Shown here one piece after another: positions 1-9,409 of a stretch of 51,997 nt of DNA. Within the stretch, counting starts at the first letter, position 1, and every line of letters begins with the position of its first letter. Made by a program: the position numbers and the translations under genes. The DNA lies in IMG/VR virus record IMGVR_UViG_3300029319_000074, positions 1 to 51,997 of that record, one strand, 5' to 3'. The notes below the pieces were generated by a model. It did not search any database. It worked only from the letters and a program-made list of their open reading frames with translations, and had not been told where the DNA came from. This stretch comes from a virus (Duplodnaviria; Caudoviricetes).

Positions 1-449
1 AGATAATCGCCACTATTATTATATAAAACAGCACCTCTATCATCATCAGAAGTATCGCCCATAACCATACCAGCAAGATTTGATGTGCCTGAAACTGCTG
101 CTATAACAGCACTATCTCCTGATTTTTGAACTTTTAATTCTCTGTCAACAGTTGTAGTTCCTATAGAAACATTACCAGTACTTGCAATACGCATTCTTTC
201 TGTAGTATTTGTGGTAAATGCCATCGTATTACTAGCAGGTGCATGAATAGATGTTTGGTCTGAGGTATTTGTAAAATGTAATTTATTTGTACTTTTAATT
301 TTTACATCGCCACCAATAACTAAAAGTTCATCTGGACTTGATTCACCAATTCCGACTCTTTCACTACTATCAATAGTAATAGCTGTAGCATTACTTCCAT
401 CTACTATTCCGGGGGTACTTGATAGTTCTACTGGTACTTTTGTTGTCAT
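1..449 (-). CDS. Tail fibre/spike protein, N-terminal part (runs off window start)
   Basis: ATG at 449 after an AGGAGA RBS; open to base 1 (MTTKVPVELSSTPG...VGIGESSP...TERMRIASTGNVSIGTT); same ERMRI/VGIG repeats as the other fibre genes. Confidence 0.7.
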   Translation of the reverse strand, partial: MTTKVPVELSSTPGIVDGSNATAITIDSSERVGIGESSPDELLVIGGDVKIKSTNKLHFTNTSDQTSIHAPASNTMAFTTNTTERMRIASTGNVSIGTTTVDRELKVQKSGDSAVIAAVSGTSNLAGMVMGDTSDDDRGAVLYNNSGDY

Positions 450-458
450 CTATATCTC

Positions 459-1223
459 CTAAAAATATGTTCTATCATCTGTCATGTATTTAGGCGTTGG
501 ATTCATAAGATTTGATTTCATGTATCTCATTGCTTTCTTATAATCATCTAGTGCAAAAGCTGCCTGTTGTGGACTTTCTTTAAACTGCCATACATAGTAT
601 CTAGTCCTTGCAGTTATAACATTACTGTATTGTTCTGGCAATGCCATTGTATCTCCATGAGCATCTAAAGCTGTAGGCTTTGTAAATGCATAAAAGTGTA
701 CATTATAAACTTTATCTGGTATTGGACTTAATCCAAACTTTCTACTATCAGGAGATTTAATTACATATTCAGGTTCACCATGACTTGAATCTGCATCGTC
801 TGAGTTTTCACTATCTCTGTAATATCTTCTCCAATCAGCTAGTGTTAAAAATTTTAATCCTTTAGAAACAAAAGGACTTGATTCTCCACTTACATTTATT
901 GTTGTTATGTAAAAGTCATCCCAATCTATAGAAGCAAAGTCTGTAGTTATGCTAGAACTACCATCTTTTAAAGTATAAAATCTTTGTCCTGCTACAGTTG
1001 CTACTGTTGTATTACCATAGAAAGGGTCTGTACTCCCACTTACACCAGCACTAAAAAAAGGTAACTGTGGTTCTTGATTAGCTATGTCAAATATAGATTT
1101 ATTAATTGCATCCTTTACAAACTTTTGAAAACCTACAGCATTTGCAAAGTTTGCAGAAGTTAGTGGGATTTCATTTAGTTCTCGAAGAACTTCGTTAGTT
1201 AAATCTAAATATGTTGTAGCCAT
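459..1223 (-). CDS. Head-tail adaptor / tail tubular protein A-like
   Basis: TYLDLTNEVLRELNE N-terminus typical of podovirus adaptors; lies downstream of the capsid gene. Confidence 0.6.
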   Translation of the reverse strand: MATTYLDLTNEVLRELNEIPLTSANFANAVGFQKFVKDAINKSIFDIANQEPQLPFFSAGVSGSTDPFYGNTTVATVAGQRFYTLKDGSSSITTDFASIDWDDFYITTINVSGESSPFVSKGLKFLTLADWRRYYRDSENSDDADSSHGEPEYVIKSPDSRKFGLSPIPDKVYNVHFYAFTKPTALDAHGDTMALPEQYSNVITARTRYYVWQFKESPQQAAFALDDYKKAMRYMKSNLMNPTPKYMTDDRTYF

Positions 1224-1369
1224 TATTTTTTATGTACCTTTTGTATTGCAAAGTTTGCCATTAAACTTGCACCTTTGTGTGGTACAAACTTTCCTTTGTG
1301 TTTCATTAATTTAAAACTACCATTTTTTTGTTTCATCCAATGATAGCCTTTTGGTGCTTTAACTTTCAT
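1223..1369 (-). CDS. Small basic hypothetical protein (48 aa)
   Basis: Manually read ORF MKVKAPKGYHWMKQK...; TAATG stop/start coupling on both sides. Confidence 0.55.
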   Translation of the reverse strand: MKVKAPKGYHWMKQKNGSFKLMKHKGKFVPHKGASLMANFAIQKVHKK

Positions 1370-1545
1370 TAATTAGGGTCTTGAACATTCATTGCACCAC
1401 CGATGTTCATTTTAATTCTGTCCATGTTTTTGTGTGGTCCACCATGCATCATAGCTTTTCTTTCACCACCATACATCATGCCCATTCTTTTTTTATCTTT
1501 AGAATGTTTTCCACCATGCTCCATTTTTTTTCTACCATAGTCCAT
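1369..1545 (-). CDS. Small Met/Gly/Lys-rich protein with four MxxGG motifs (58 aa)
   Basis: Manually read ORF MDYGRKKMEHGG...MMYGG...MMHGG...MNIGG; AGGAG RBS; coupled to neighbours. Confidence 0.6.
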   Translation of the reverse strand: MDYGRKKMEHGGKHSKDKKRMGMMYGGERKAMMHGGPHKNMDRIKMNIGGAMNVQDPN

Positions 1546-1688
1546 TATTTGTCTCCTTTATTTTTTTCTATTAAACTTTCATTGTACCCAACCATCTGTT
1601 TACATCTTTCTTCTTTTTCTTCAATAGTGTCAAAGTAAGAAATGTTTCCTTCTGGTTTTGGATTTCCTTTCATATTTTCTTGTTCCAT
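1545..1688 (-). CDS. Small hypothetical protein (47 aa)
   Basis: AGGAGA RBS, MEQENMKGNPKPEG...; stop overlaps the next ATG. Confidence 0.55.
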   Translation of the reverse strand: MEQENMKGNPKPEGNISYFDTIEEKEERCKQMVGYNESLIEKNKGDK

Positions 1689-1698
1689 TTTATCTCCT

Positions 1699-1728
1699 AA
1701 AAAGTGGAGGAGTCCTAAGACTCCCCCG
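1699..1728 (-). terminator. Rho-independent terminator after the major capsid gene
   Basis: GGGGGAGTC-TTAG-GACTCCTCC hairpin followed by ACTTTTT on the - strand. Confidence 0.75.
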
Positions 1729-1736
1729 ATTGATTA

Positions 1737-2711
1737 TTAATCAATTCCGTAGAAAGCTGATACTAAAGCTTCTGGTCTTAAGACCTTTGCTCCGTATACA
1801 TGCAATCCTCTAACTATGTCACCAAAAGAACTTGGGTCTCTTAGTGTTTCTGTTGAAATAATAGTTTGAGCAGTTGCAGTAGATGAAATGTGTCCAGCCA
1901 ACACTTTACCAGCAGCATTAGTTGTTGAGGCAATGTTGTTAGATTTGTACATCTCAAATCCTCTTAGTTTTCCACTTGATACTAATCCATTTCTAATTGA
2001 ACCTTGACCTGCGTTGAAGTCTACAGATAACAACTTAGATGAAGCTTGACCTAGTACTTCGTAGAAGTCAGGACCAGCAACGAACCATCTACCTTCTTCA
2101 GGTACATCTTGTTCGTCTAATAGTCTTGCCATTCTAGCCATTACATCAATAGGGTCATGCTCACTAGAACCAAAACCAATGTCCAAGTTACCAGTTCCAT
2201 CAAATGTACCAGCAGCTAAGTCAGTAGCATTGTCAGTACCTAACACATGGTCAGGTGAAGAACTAGAAACTCCTGAGAACATAGTTGCAATAACAGCAGC
2301 ATCATATGAATCTCTCAATGCATATGCAGCAGATGATGTTGCGACTTCTTTAAAGTTGATGTGTGACATATTTGTTTCAATATCATCTACGATGAATTTG
2401 AAAGCTTTAGCACTATCAACAACCAAAGTAAGTTCTTGGTCAGTTAGTCTTGTTACAGTTGTATCAGTTGCTCTTGTGTAATCTTCCACAGAGATAACTG
2501 GTTCTTTTATAATCCTTACAGAGTCTCCAAAAGCAGATATTTCACCAGCATAATCTGTGTTGGTGATAGCTTCTACTACCGAGGATTTCCTAAAGAAGTT
2601 TAAAACCTTTTTAGAGTAAATCTTAGGTAAAAAGAAACTATTAGTTTGTCCACTTACGGAGTTTCCAAAGTTGGCATTAGTATCGGTTGAGGGTTCAAAA
2701 AATTGAGCCAT
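1737..2711 (-). CDS. Major capsid protein (HK97 fold)
   Basis: 324 aa; F(L)PKIYS, ITNTDYAGEISAFGDSVRI and GDIVRGLHVYGAKVLRPEAL motifs; follows the scaffold gene and precedes a terminator. Confidence 0.85.
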   Translation of the reverse strand: MAQFFEPSTDTNANFGNSVSGQTNSFFLPKIYSKKVLNFFRKSSVVEAITNTDYAGEISAFGDSVRIIKEPVISVEDYTRATDTTVTRLTDQELTLVVDSAKAFKFIVDDIETNMSHINFKEVATSSAAYALRDSYDAAVIATMFSGVSSSSPDHVLGTDNATDLAAGTFDGTGNLDIGFGSSEHDPIDVMARMARLLDEQDVPEEGRWFVAGPDFYEVLGQASSKLLSVDFNAGQGSIRNGLVSSGKLRGFEMYKSNNIASTTNAAGKVLAGHISSTATAQTIISTETLRDPSSFGDIVRGLHVYGAKVLRPEALVSAFYGID

Positions 2712-2738
2712 GATACTTCTCCTTTTAAGTTATAATAG

Positions 2739-3620
2739 TTACTTTGTGATTCTGCCCTCTTGCATAGCGTTTGATATTTCCTCTTCGTACTTATCAAACT
2801 CATCCATACTCATGGCAGAAATCTCCCTTTCAGACCAAATCTTTTGTTGTTTAGGTTCAACTGTTGTTGTTTTAGTTGAAACCATATCAGCAGCAGATTC
2901 TGTGGTCTTAGAAGATGACTTTTCCTTTTGAGGAACATCCATACCTATATCTTTCTTAAATAAATCTAAAGCTCTTGAGGCTAAGTCGGCATCATCAGCA
3001 TTTGAGTATATCCATTTCTGAATAGAATCAGGTTGCTCTTTTGCCCATGAATGAAAGTCATCACTGCTTCTAATATCTTCAAAATCAGGATGTCTATCCA
3101 TTAACCTTTTTTCTGCATCTTTTCGTATTAACTCTTGTTCTCGCTGTTGGAGTTTACTAAGGCGTTCTTCTAGAACTTTTGCTTTAGACTCCGATTGCAT
3201 ATGTGCAACAGTTTCTACTACTTCATACACATCAGGATAATCATTTTTAAACTTTTCAAGTTCTTCTACAGTCTTTGGAGCTTTGTATTCAGGTTGTTGA
3301 ACTTGATTTTTTAACTCTTCTTCTCGTAATCTAAACTCGTTAAGTTTATTATCATAATGTTTTTTTAAATCATCATATCGTTTCTTGTAGTCTGGTTTCT
3401 TATAAGGGGTGTCCTTTTTAGATTCCAGTTCTTCTGTTTCAACATTTTCAGGATTAACTGCTTCGTTTATGTCATTAGATTTGAATAATTTATTCTTATC
3501 TTCTGGCTTTTCAAAGTATAGTCCTTCCGATGATTCAAAAGGTTTTATATCGCCTTCATGCCAAGATTTATTTTTATTATAAGGATTTGGCGTTTCCTCT
3601 GTTTGGACTTCATTAGTCAT
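2739..3620 (-). CDS. Capsid scaffolding protein
   Basis: Acidic coiled-coil protein; YKKRYDDLKKH and HPDF motifs; C-terminal EISNAMQEGRI; immediately upstream of the capsid gene. Confidence 0.7.
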   Translation of the reverse strand: MTNEVQTEETPNPYNKNKSWHEGDIKPFESSEGLYFEKPEDKNKLFKSNDINEAVNPENVETEELESKKDTPYKKPDYKKRYDDLKKHYDNKLNEFRLREEELKNQVQQPEYKAPKTVEELEKFKNDYPDVYEVVETVAHMQSESKAKVLEERLSKLQQREQELIRKDAEKRLMDRHPDFEDIRSSDDFHSWAKEQPDSIQKWIYSNADDADLASRALDLFKKDIGMDVPQKEKSSSKTTESAADMVSTKTTTVEPKQQKIWSEREISAMSMDEFDKYEEEISNAMQEGRITK

Positions 3621-3635
3621 TTTCTTACTCCTAGT

Positions 3636-3746
3636 CAGGGCTTCATTAACAAGGTAGCTGCGATGTGCACTTGCAGGGCTTGTCTTGTAAAGGTCGCCTT
3701 TCGGTTTAAATATAATAGAGTGCCTACGCTAATAGGGTGGCTCTAT
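3636..3746 (-). promoter_or_regulatory. Structured 5' leader with three repeated internal-loop hairpins
   Basis: Three hairpins sharing G-CNAC-C...G-C(C/A)-C; the last abuts the scaffold RBS. Confidence 0.5.
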
Positions 3747-3752
3747 CGTTTG

Positions 3753-4421
3753 TTAGCTACGGACATGTCTTTGGTTGGGGTCTAACATCATTTGAGATTT
3801 AATATCTTTTGATATTTCATCTTCATCTTCCATCATTCTCCCAGTAGAATCAACTGTTTCTTTAACAACTCTAATTTCCTGTACATTAGGTTCATTAGTT
3901 TGTCTAGTCATAGTTTCTTCTTCAGGCTCACCTCCGTTAGCCATTTGTTGTCTTTTATCTGCATTAGCTTCAGCATCTTTCATCATACGCATTAATTCAT
4001 CAGCTCCGATTTCTTTTGTAGCTTTTGCAGTAAAGACAAATTCTCCATCCGACAGCCTTGCAGGTATCGAATCCGAGACTCCTGACCCCGGTCCTTCAAC
4101 AGGACCAGACCCAGCAAATTCTGAAGCAACTTCTAATACTTTATCAAACAGCATAGATAGTTGCTCATCTTGTTCTAGTTTTGATGTAAGCATATCTTCT
4201 TCTTCTTCTGTTAATGCTTCATCAATTATAAAATCTAAATAGTTATCTTCCATTTCTTCATCTGGAAGCATAGATTGATTCATAGCCATTTTCATTTGAT
4301 TATCCATAGACATTGAACCACCTTCTTGTTTTTGTTCTCTTAATAATTTAAAATCTTCTCCACTAATTTGACCATCATTGTTGGCATCTAGTTCTTTTTG
4401 TTTTCCTACTAATTTATCCAT
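3753..4421 (-). CDS. Acidic hypothetical (probably virion-associated) protein with an N-terminal EF-hand-like motif
   Basis: DANNDGQISGED; GPGSGVSDSIPARLSDGEFV motif; lies between portal and scaffold. Confidence 0.6.
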   Translation of the reverse strand: MDKLVGKQKELDANNDGQISGEDFKLLREQKQEGGSMSMDNQMKMAMNQSMLPDEEMEDNYLDFIIDEALTEEEEDMLTSKLEQDEQLSMLFDKVLEVASEFAGSGPVEGPGSGVSDSIPARLSDGEFVFTAKATKEIGADELMRMMKDAEANADKRQQMANGGEPEEETMTRQTNEPNVQEIRVVKETVDSTGRMMEDEDEISKDIKSQMMLDPNQRHVRS

Positions 4422-4644
4422 CTTCTTTTCTATTAAGTGCCTCCTTCACCTGCTCCGGCAACTGCTCTAGGAGTACCAGCAAACGCAGTTTCCCCTGCAG
4501 CCGGTACATTTCCGATTCCGATGTTGCCACCACCAGTTCCTGTGTCACCAAGTTCTTGAGGTTGTTGAGGTGTTCCTTGTAATCCTGCCATTGGGGATTG
4601 TTGACTATTGGGTTGAGTTTCCTCGCCATTGTTTTGTCCAACAT
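4414..4644 (-). CDS. Small helical protein overlapping the portal C-terminus
   Basis: 76 aa with AGGA RBS; EMYRLQG motif like small post-portal phage proteins; stop overlaps the next start. Confidence 0.55.
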   Translation of the reverse strand: MLDKTMARKLNPIVNNPQWQDYKEHLNNLKNLVTQELVVATSESEMYRLQGKLRLLVLLEQLPEQVKEALNRKEDG

Positions 4645-6631
4645 TTTGCATTCCTATTATTTGTGCCATGATAGCTGCTTCTTCAGGGTCATTAAGTATT
4701 TCCTCTGGGTCTAAGTCTAAACTATAGGCAAGTTCACTAACAAGTTTAGAAATCTTAACAAATGGTGCAATAGCTGGACTTTGTGCAGTTTGTAAGAACA
4801 TAGTAAGTCTTTGACTTCTAACTTCTTTTTGCATCAAGCTATTTGTACCAGTAGCTTTAACTTCTAAATCTCCTTTAACATCTAACTCATCTTCTAAGAA
4901 CTGCATGTTCCATTGAAAATAAGATTCTCCTAAAGGTTTTAATAAAAAGTCATCAAGATTCTTGACAACAGTTTTTATATTTAAACTAGATGCTCCAAGT
5001 AACATAGACATACCTGAAGCAGTCCTTGTCATACTTTGAACACCAGTTTGTCCATGTGAGTAACTTGGTATTCCAGTTTGTTCATCTGCAAGTTGTCTAA
5101 ACTTGTCAAACATCATTAAGTTTTCAGTTGATGTATTAGGAAACTTTAATCCGTGTATTGCTTGTCCGGGCATTCCTGCTTGTCTTCTAAATATTTTTCC
5201 CGGATATATTTCCATACTTTGTCCACCAACTAAAGCAGACTCATCTACATCAAATACTAACGAACCTGACATAGCTAAATTATCAATAGCCATTCTTGCA
5301 TGACCATTCATAATTTGTTGACTATCATCCATATTTTCTGCTATACCAATACCAAAAAAGTTATATGGATTTCTTTCGTATGGAAAAGCATGATATGGTA
5401 TTCTGTATGGAGTAAATGGATTAATTACAGCTCTTAGTAATTTATCTCCACATATCCATGCATTTATTTGTACTTCATCTAAATCATCTATAGAGTCATC
5501 AAGGTCTATACCAACTTCTCTTGCATACTCAGCATCCATAATTCCCCAGTATTCAAGAACTTCAAAGTTAGTTTGATAATCTTCTTCTGCTCTATTATCA
5601 TCTTTAATTGCATACTCGTAATCTTTTTCTACATAGTTAGCACCCATTTGGATAGCTTCACGAATAGCATCTTCATCAAAGTATGGCATGTTTCGTAGCT
5701 GTCTTAATTGACTACGATTCATTTTATGTCTATGAACAATGTATTCACATTCATCCATAGTAGTACCTGAAGGGTCAGGATAAAAATCCCAACAACTTAC
5801 AAACTCTATTCTAGGAACTCTAACTTCTAATGGATTATATTCTCTTTCTCCATCTTCGTTCATATCCCACTTATGTAATTTTTTATTAAAATTAAATGGT
5901 CCTTTTACAATCCCTGTACCTAGTAAAGCAGATTCTAAAAGAGCATTTCTTATTTCAGAAGAACCATTAGATTCATCTATTTGGTCATGGATAAGTTTTT
6001 CCATTCTCCTTGCAGCTCTTTGTGCAGGATTTAATTCTATTGCTTGTGGATTAGCACTTGCTCCATCTGTCAGCATACCGGCATCTTTTGCTTGGTCTTC
6101 TAGACTATCTTCAAAGATTCCGTTATAAAAAGATGCACCGGGTTTTAAAGTTCTACCATCACCTGAATAACCAACATCATAAGGACTATCTATTCTGTTT
6201 CCAATATCATCTGGTATAGATGTTTCAATGTCAGGTGTTGGATTATTTACATCAAGATGTGCTATATCAGTTTCACCTTCTGGCATTTTAGTTTCTGATA
6301 TACCAATAGGAAACTTACCTGTTCCAAATATAACATCTACTAATTGTCCAAAAGCTGCTAATACTTTTGTTTTAGTTATCTTAACAAATACTCTAGACTT
6401 TTCAGATTCTCTAAACTTAACATTTTTAGCATACAAACCTCTATAATTTTCGTATGCTCTTATCCATCTTTTTTCAGCTATGTCTCTAGAATTTTCTGCT
6501 TGAGCATATCTACTTTTAATAATGCCAATAAGATTTCTTTGCTGGTCTAACTCCAAACTTAATGTTTTACCAGCTTCACCTTCAACATCTTGATAAATAT
6601 TGTCAGCATTTAAAAATGTATTCTCTTCCAT
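4433..6631 (-). CDS. Portal protein
   Basis: 732 aa directly after terL; SRVFVKITKTKV, WDFYPDP and RTASGMSML motifs; disordered Q/G-rich C-terminal tail. Confidence 0.85.
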   Translation of the reverse strand: MEENTFLNADNIYQDVEGEAGKTLSLELDQQRNLIGIIKSRYAQAENSRDIAEKRWIRAYENYRGLYAKNVKFRESEKSRVFVKITKTKVLAAFGQLVDVIFGTGKFPIGISETKMPEGETDIAHLDVNNPTPDIETSIPDDIGNRIDSPYDVGYSGDGRTLKPGASFYNGIFEDSLEDQAKDAGMLTDGASANPQAIELNPAQRAARRMEKLIHDQIDESNGSSEIRNALLESALLGTGIVKGPFNFNKKLHKWDMNEDGEREYNPLEVRVPRIEFVSCWDFYPDPSGTTMDECEYIVHRHKMNRSQLRQLRNMPYFDEDAIREAIQMGANYVEKDYEYAIKDDNRAEEDYQTNFEVLEYWGIMDAEYAREVGIDLDDSIDDLDEVQINAWICGDKLLRAVINPFTPYRIPYHAFPYERNPYNFFGIGIAENMDDSQQIMNGHARMAIDNLAMSGSLVFDVDESALVGGQSMEIYPGKIFRRQAGMPGQAIHGLKFPNTSTENLMMFDKFRQLADEQTGIPSYSHGQTGVQSMTRTASGMSMLLGASSLNIKTVVKNLDDFLLKPLGESYFQWNMQFLEDELDVKGDLEVKATGTNSLMQKEVRSQRLTMFLQTAQSPAIAPFVKISKLVSELAYSLDLDPEEILNDPEEAAIMAQIIGMQNVGQNNGEETQPNSQQSPMAGLQGTPQQPQELGDTGTGGGNIGIGNVPAAGETAFAGTPRAVAGAGEGGT

Positions 6632-8278
6632 CTAATATCCAAAATTATTATCTGAAGGTTGATATATGTCTGATTTAATTCTTAACATTCTATCATAAGG
6701 ATGGTCCATTCTAGGTCTACTCATTAACATATATCTAAGTGCATCATATGCGTGGTCAGCAGCTTTAGTATCTACATCCTCCGGATTATTTGCAGATAGT
6801 GGAATACCTTGTAATTCTTTTATTAGATTTACACAGTTACTAAATATTTGTAACCTTGGTCTTCCTGCTCCTTCTCGCTGTCTTAGATGCTCGTGTATTT
6901 GAGTCTTACCAGCTATCCTATTTTTATCAGCTCTTCTTAATTTATGTCCTCTATTGACAAGTGTTTCACCAATAGTAGGACCTGTATATCCAGTCCTTGC
7001 CCATGCAGCAGTATCTAGTACACCCGGAATAGATTTAATTTCATTCTCTTCCATTTGTGTTATTGTGTCAGCAAGTGCTTCCCCTGTTAGACCTTTTCTG
7101 TATAACTCTCTATATATGATGATGGTCTTATCATCAGGGTCTACAGCACCCCATAGACAACAACTTTCTGCAGCATAACCATAGTCAATCCCTTTTACTC
7201 TTTCCCACCAGCTAGGTAATTCAAAAGGTGGTATTACATGTACATCTGTAGAAAACTCTGCAAACGCTGCACCTTCTGCTACATCCCAGTTACCTTCTAG
7301 CAGTTGTCTTCTTTGAACTGCAGGTAAGGATTGTAACATCCTTTCGTATTCACCATCTTCAGCAAGGTAAGGATTGTCCTGTAACAATGCTGGAATAAAC
7401 TTCCTTGTTAAACCATCTTTGCCTTTAAATGTTTTATTAGGCTCAGATGCTTCTATGTATCTTTTCTTTACCCATTGTGCACCTACACCACCGGGGTTAG
7501 CTGTACATCTTAGATATGTTTCTAAGTTTGGATTAGTAGTTCTCAAACGAGAAGCTAAATAATTCCAACCAAACTCTGTAGGTAAATGAGTTATCTCATC
7601 AAAACCTATCCAGCTATACGCTTGTCCTTGATACCGATACACATCTGCATCTTTTTCCAAGAAGCCAAATTCTATTTTAGCTCCCGATGGAAAGCTCCAA
7701 AGCTTTTCTACTTCTCTAAACTTAGCACCTTTAAATGCTTTTGGATAGAGTTCACGAGACTTATCTATAAGTTCTCTTAGCTCTGGCATAGACCTTCTTA
7801 GTATCAAGGCTCTATGTTCTTTTATGTGGCAATATCGCAATGGGTCAATTAACATTGCAAAACTTTTACCACCACCTGCTGCTCCTCCGTAGAGTACATC
7901 TTTTTCTGCAGCAGCTAAAAAATCTGTTTGTGGTCCTTCATTAGGCATAAACGCCACATAAGAACCTGTAGTATCTAAATGTTCTTGTATAGAATCAGGT
8001 AATACTTTTGTTTCTGATTCTGTTAAAACATTTGAAGTAAGAGCTTTCTCTTCTTTCTGTACTTCTTTTTTAACTCTAGCTAAACTTCGTGTTAGCTTTT
8101 TGACCTTTTGATTTTTTTTATCTAATTTTCTTTTAGCCTGTAAAGCTAGTTTAACATTAGATAATTCGCTATTTTTAGGTCTACCTACTTTTTTCTTCGT
8201 AGGTTTACTTTCTTCTAGTATATAGTCTTTTTCAACATTTGTCAAGTCTTTTGTAACTTTTTTTTTCTTATCTACCAT
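6632..8278 (-). CDS. terL: Terminase large subunit
   Basis: Walker A YGGAAGGGKS, Walker B IGFDE, TANPGG, nuclease motifs GIDYG and DHAYDALRY. Confidence 0.93.
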   Translation of the reverse strand: MVDKKKKVTKDLTNVEKDYILEESKPTKKKVGRPKNSELSNVKLALQAKRKLDKKNQKVKKLTRSLARVKKEVQKEEKALTSNVLTESETKVLPDSIQEHLDTTGSYVAFMPNEGPQTDFLAAAEKDVLYGGAAGGGKSFAMLIDPLRYCHIKEHRALILRRSMPELRELIDKSRELYPKAFKGAKFREVEKLWSFPSGAKIEFGFLEKDADVYRYQGQAYSWIGFDEITHLPTEFGWNYLASRLRTTNPNLETYLRCTANPGGVGAQWVKKRYIEASEPNKTFKGKDGLTRKFIPALLQDNPYLAEDGEYERMLQSLPAVQRRQLLEGNWDVAEGAAFAEFSTDVHVIPPFELPSWWERVKGIDYGYAAESCCLWGAVDPDDKTIIIYRELYRKGLTGEALADTITQMEENEIKSIPGVLDTAAWARTGYTGPTIGETLVNRGHKLRRADKNRIAGKTQIHEHLRQREGAGRPRLQIFSNCVNLIKELQGIPLSANNPEDVDTKAADHAYDALRYMLMSRPRMDHPYDRMLRIKSDIYQPSDNNFGY

Positions 8279-8519
8279 ATATCTTATCTACATATTTCTT
8301 TAATCCCGGTCTTGACATTTGTCTTCCTGTTTCTGCTTCTAGCCAATCTACACCAATACCTAAACTTATTTCACCATGAAATATAGCTTCTGATACTTCT
8401 TTTAATATAGTAAGTTCTTCAGGTATAGGTTTTAAATAACCTTCAAAGTTTTCATCTAACTCATAACCAAATGGTATAGTTGAAGATGTTCTTCTTATGT
8501 AATCATCAGGTATAAACAT
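8268..8519 (-). CDS. Small protein resembling the serine-recombinase DNA-binding (PFGY) domain
   Basis: IPFGY...PIPEE...HTH-like segment; no catalytic resolvase domain. Confidence 0.45.
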   Translation of the reverse strand: MFIPDDYIRRTSSTIPFGYELDENFEGYLKPIPEELTILKEVSEAIFHGEISLGIGVDWLEAETGRQMSRPGLKKYVDKIYGR

Positions 8520-8878
8520 TAAAATTTTTTCCTTAACTCAAAACCTACATTTCCATTGTATAATATAATACCAATATATAGACTATTAAGTATTTTTATA
8601 TCTCTTTCTCTTGTAATATCATCTCTATCTAAAAGATAATAAAGAGTCCCTGTAGCTATTGCTTTATGTAAAAATAATCTTTCTAATGATGGTTCAGGTC
8701 CTAAAATTGGATTTGCTTCTACCACATTAGGAAAATCTCGTATAGTTCTATGAGTCATATGTATATCAATTAAATTTAAAGCTATAAAATCTTTAAATAA
8801 ATCTTGTTCAGTTTCTGACCAATCTGCAAGTTTTGCTTGTAAAGACATAGAACATAATAGTAATAATAAATACTTCAT
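8519..8878 (-). CDS. Putative membrane/secreted protein
   Basis: Signal-like N-terminus, EANPIL motif, hydrophobic segments. Confidence 0.5.
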   Translation of the reverse strand: MKYLLLLLCSMSLQAKLADWSETEQDLFKDFIALNLIDIHMTHRTIRDFPNVVEANPILGPEPSLERLFLHKAIATGTLYYLLDRDDITRERDIKILNSLYIGIILYNGNVGFELRKKF

Positions 8879-9129
8879 TAATTTACTCTTCTATACTTTC
8901 TAACTTTTCTGGCTGTCTTCTTTGATTGTCTTGAAAACTGTTTTCCTTTTCTAGTATCTTCTCGTTTCTTTCTTGTTGACGCAGCATATTCAGCCGGTGA
9001 TAGTGCCTTAATCGCCTTCTCTGGGAGATACCTCTCACCCGTTTCCGAAGATTTCTTCCCACTCTTCGTTCTCCATTTTTGTTTAGTCCAAGCCCTAAGA
9101 CTTCTTTGTGACTTTTTTAGTCTTGACAT
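8878..9129 (-). CDS. Small basic protein (DUF5872-like C-terminal half)
   Basis: SLRAWTKQKWRTKSG...ERYLPEKAIKALS. Confidence 0.55.
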   Translation of the reverse strand: MSRLKKSQRSLRAWTKQKWRTKSGKKSSETGERYLPEKAIKALSPAEYAASTRKKREDTRKGKQFSRQSKKTARKVRKYRRVN

Positions 9130-9409
9130 GTTTCTTCCTTATTGCTTCTTTGCCTCGTTTAGCTATTGCTGCTTGTTGAGTTTTACCAGCTACTTTTGCT
9201 CTTTGTTCCAAAACTGTAAGTATTTGAATTTTTCTAGCAAAAGGTTTTTTAATCCTTTTAACTTTTGCCACAGTTTGTCTAGCATCTGCTGGAGTTTTAA
9301 ATTTAATTCTGATAGTGTCTTTTGGATTTTCATCTGTATATAGTCTCCTTCCTGTTCCTTTTGGTTTTTTCCCTGTTCCTACTTTAGGGTCTCGTTTTTT
9401 TCTAGTCAT
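9095..9409 (-). CDS. Small basic hypothetical protein
   Basis: K/R-rich; LYTDENPKDTI motif; coupled to neighbours. Confidence 0.6.
   Translation of the reverse strand: MTRKKRDPKVGTGKKPKGTGRRLYTDENPKDTIRIKFKTPADARQTVAKVKRIKKPFARKIQILTVLEQRAKVAGKTQQAAIAKRGKEAIRKKHVKTKKVTKKS

Noticed and set aside
1381-1638. His-rich + strand ORF
   Set aside because: Antisense to coupled - strand small genes; the His codons mirror their ATG codons
8268-8519. Integrase/lysogeny module
   Set aside because: Only an 83-aa PFGY-type fragment; no catalytic domain, repressor or att context
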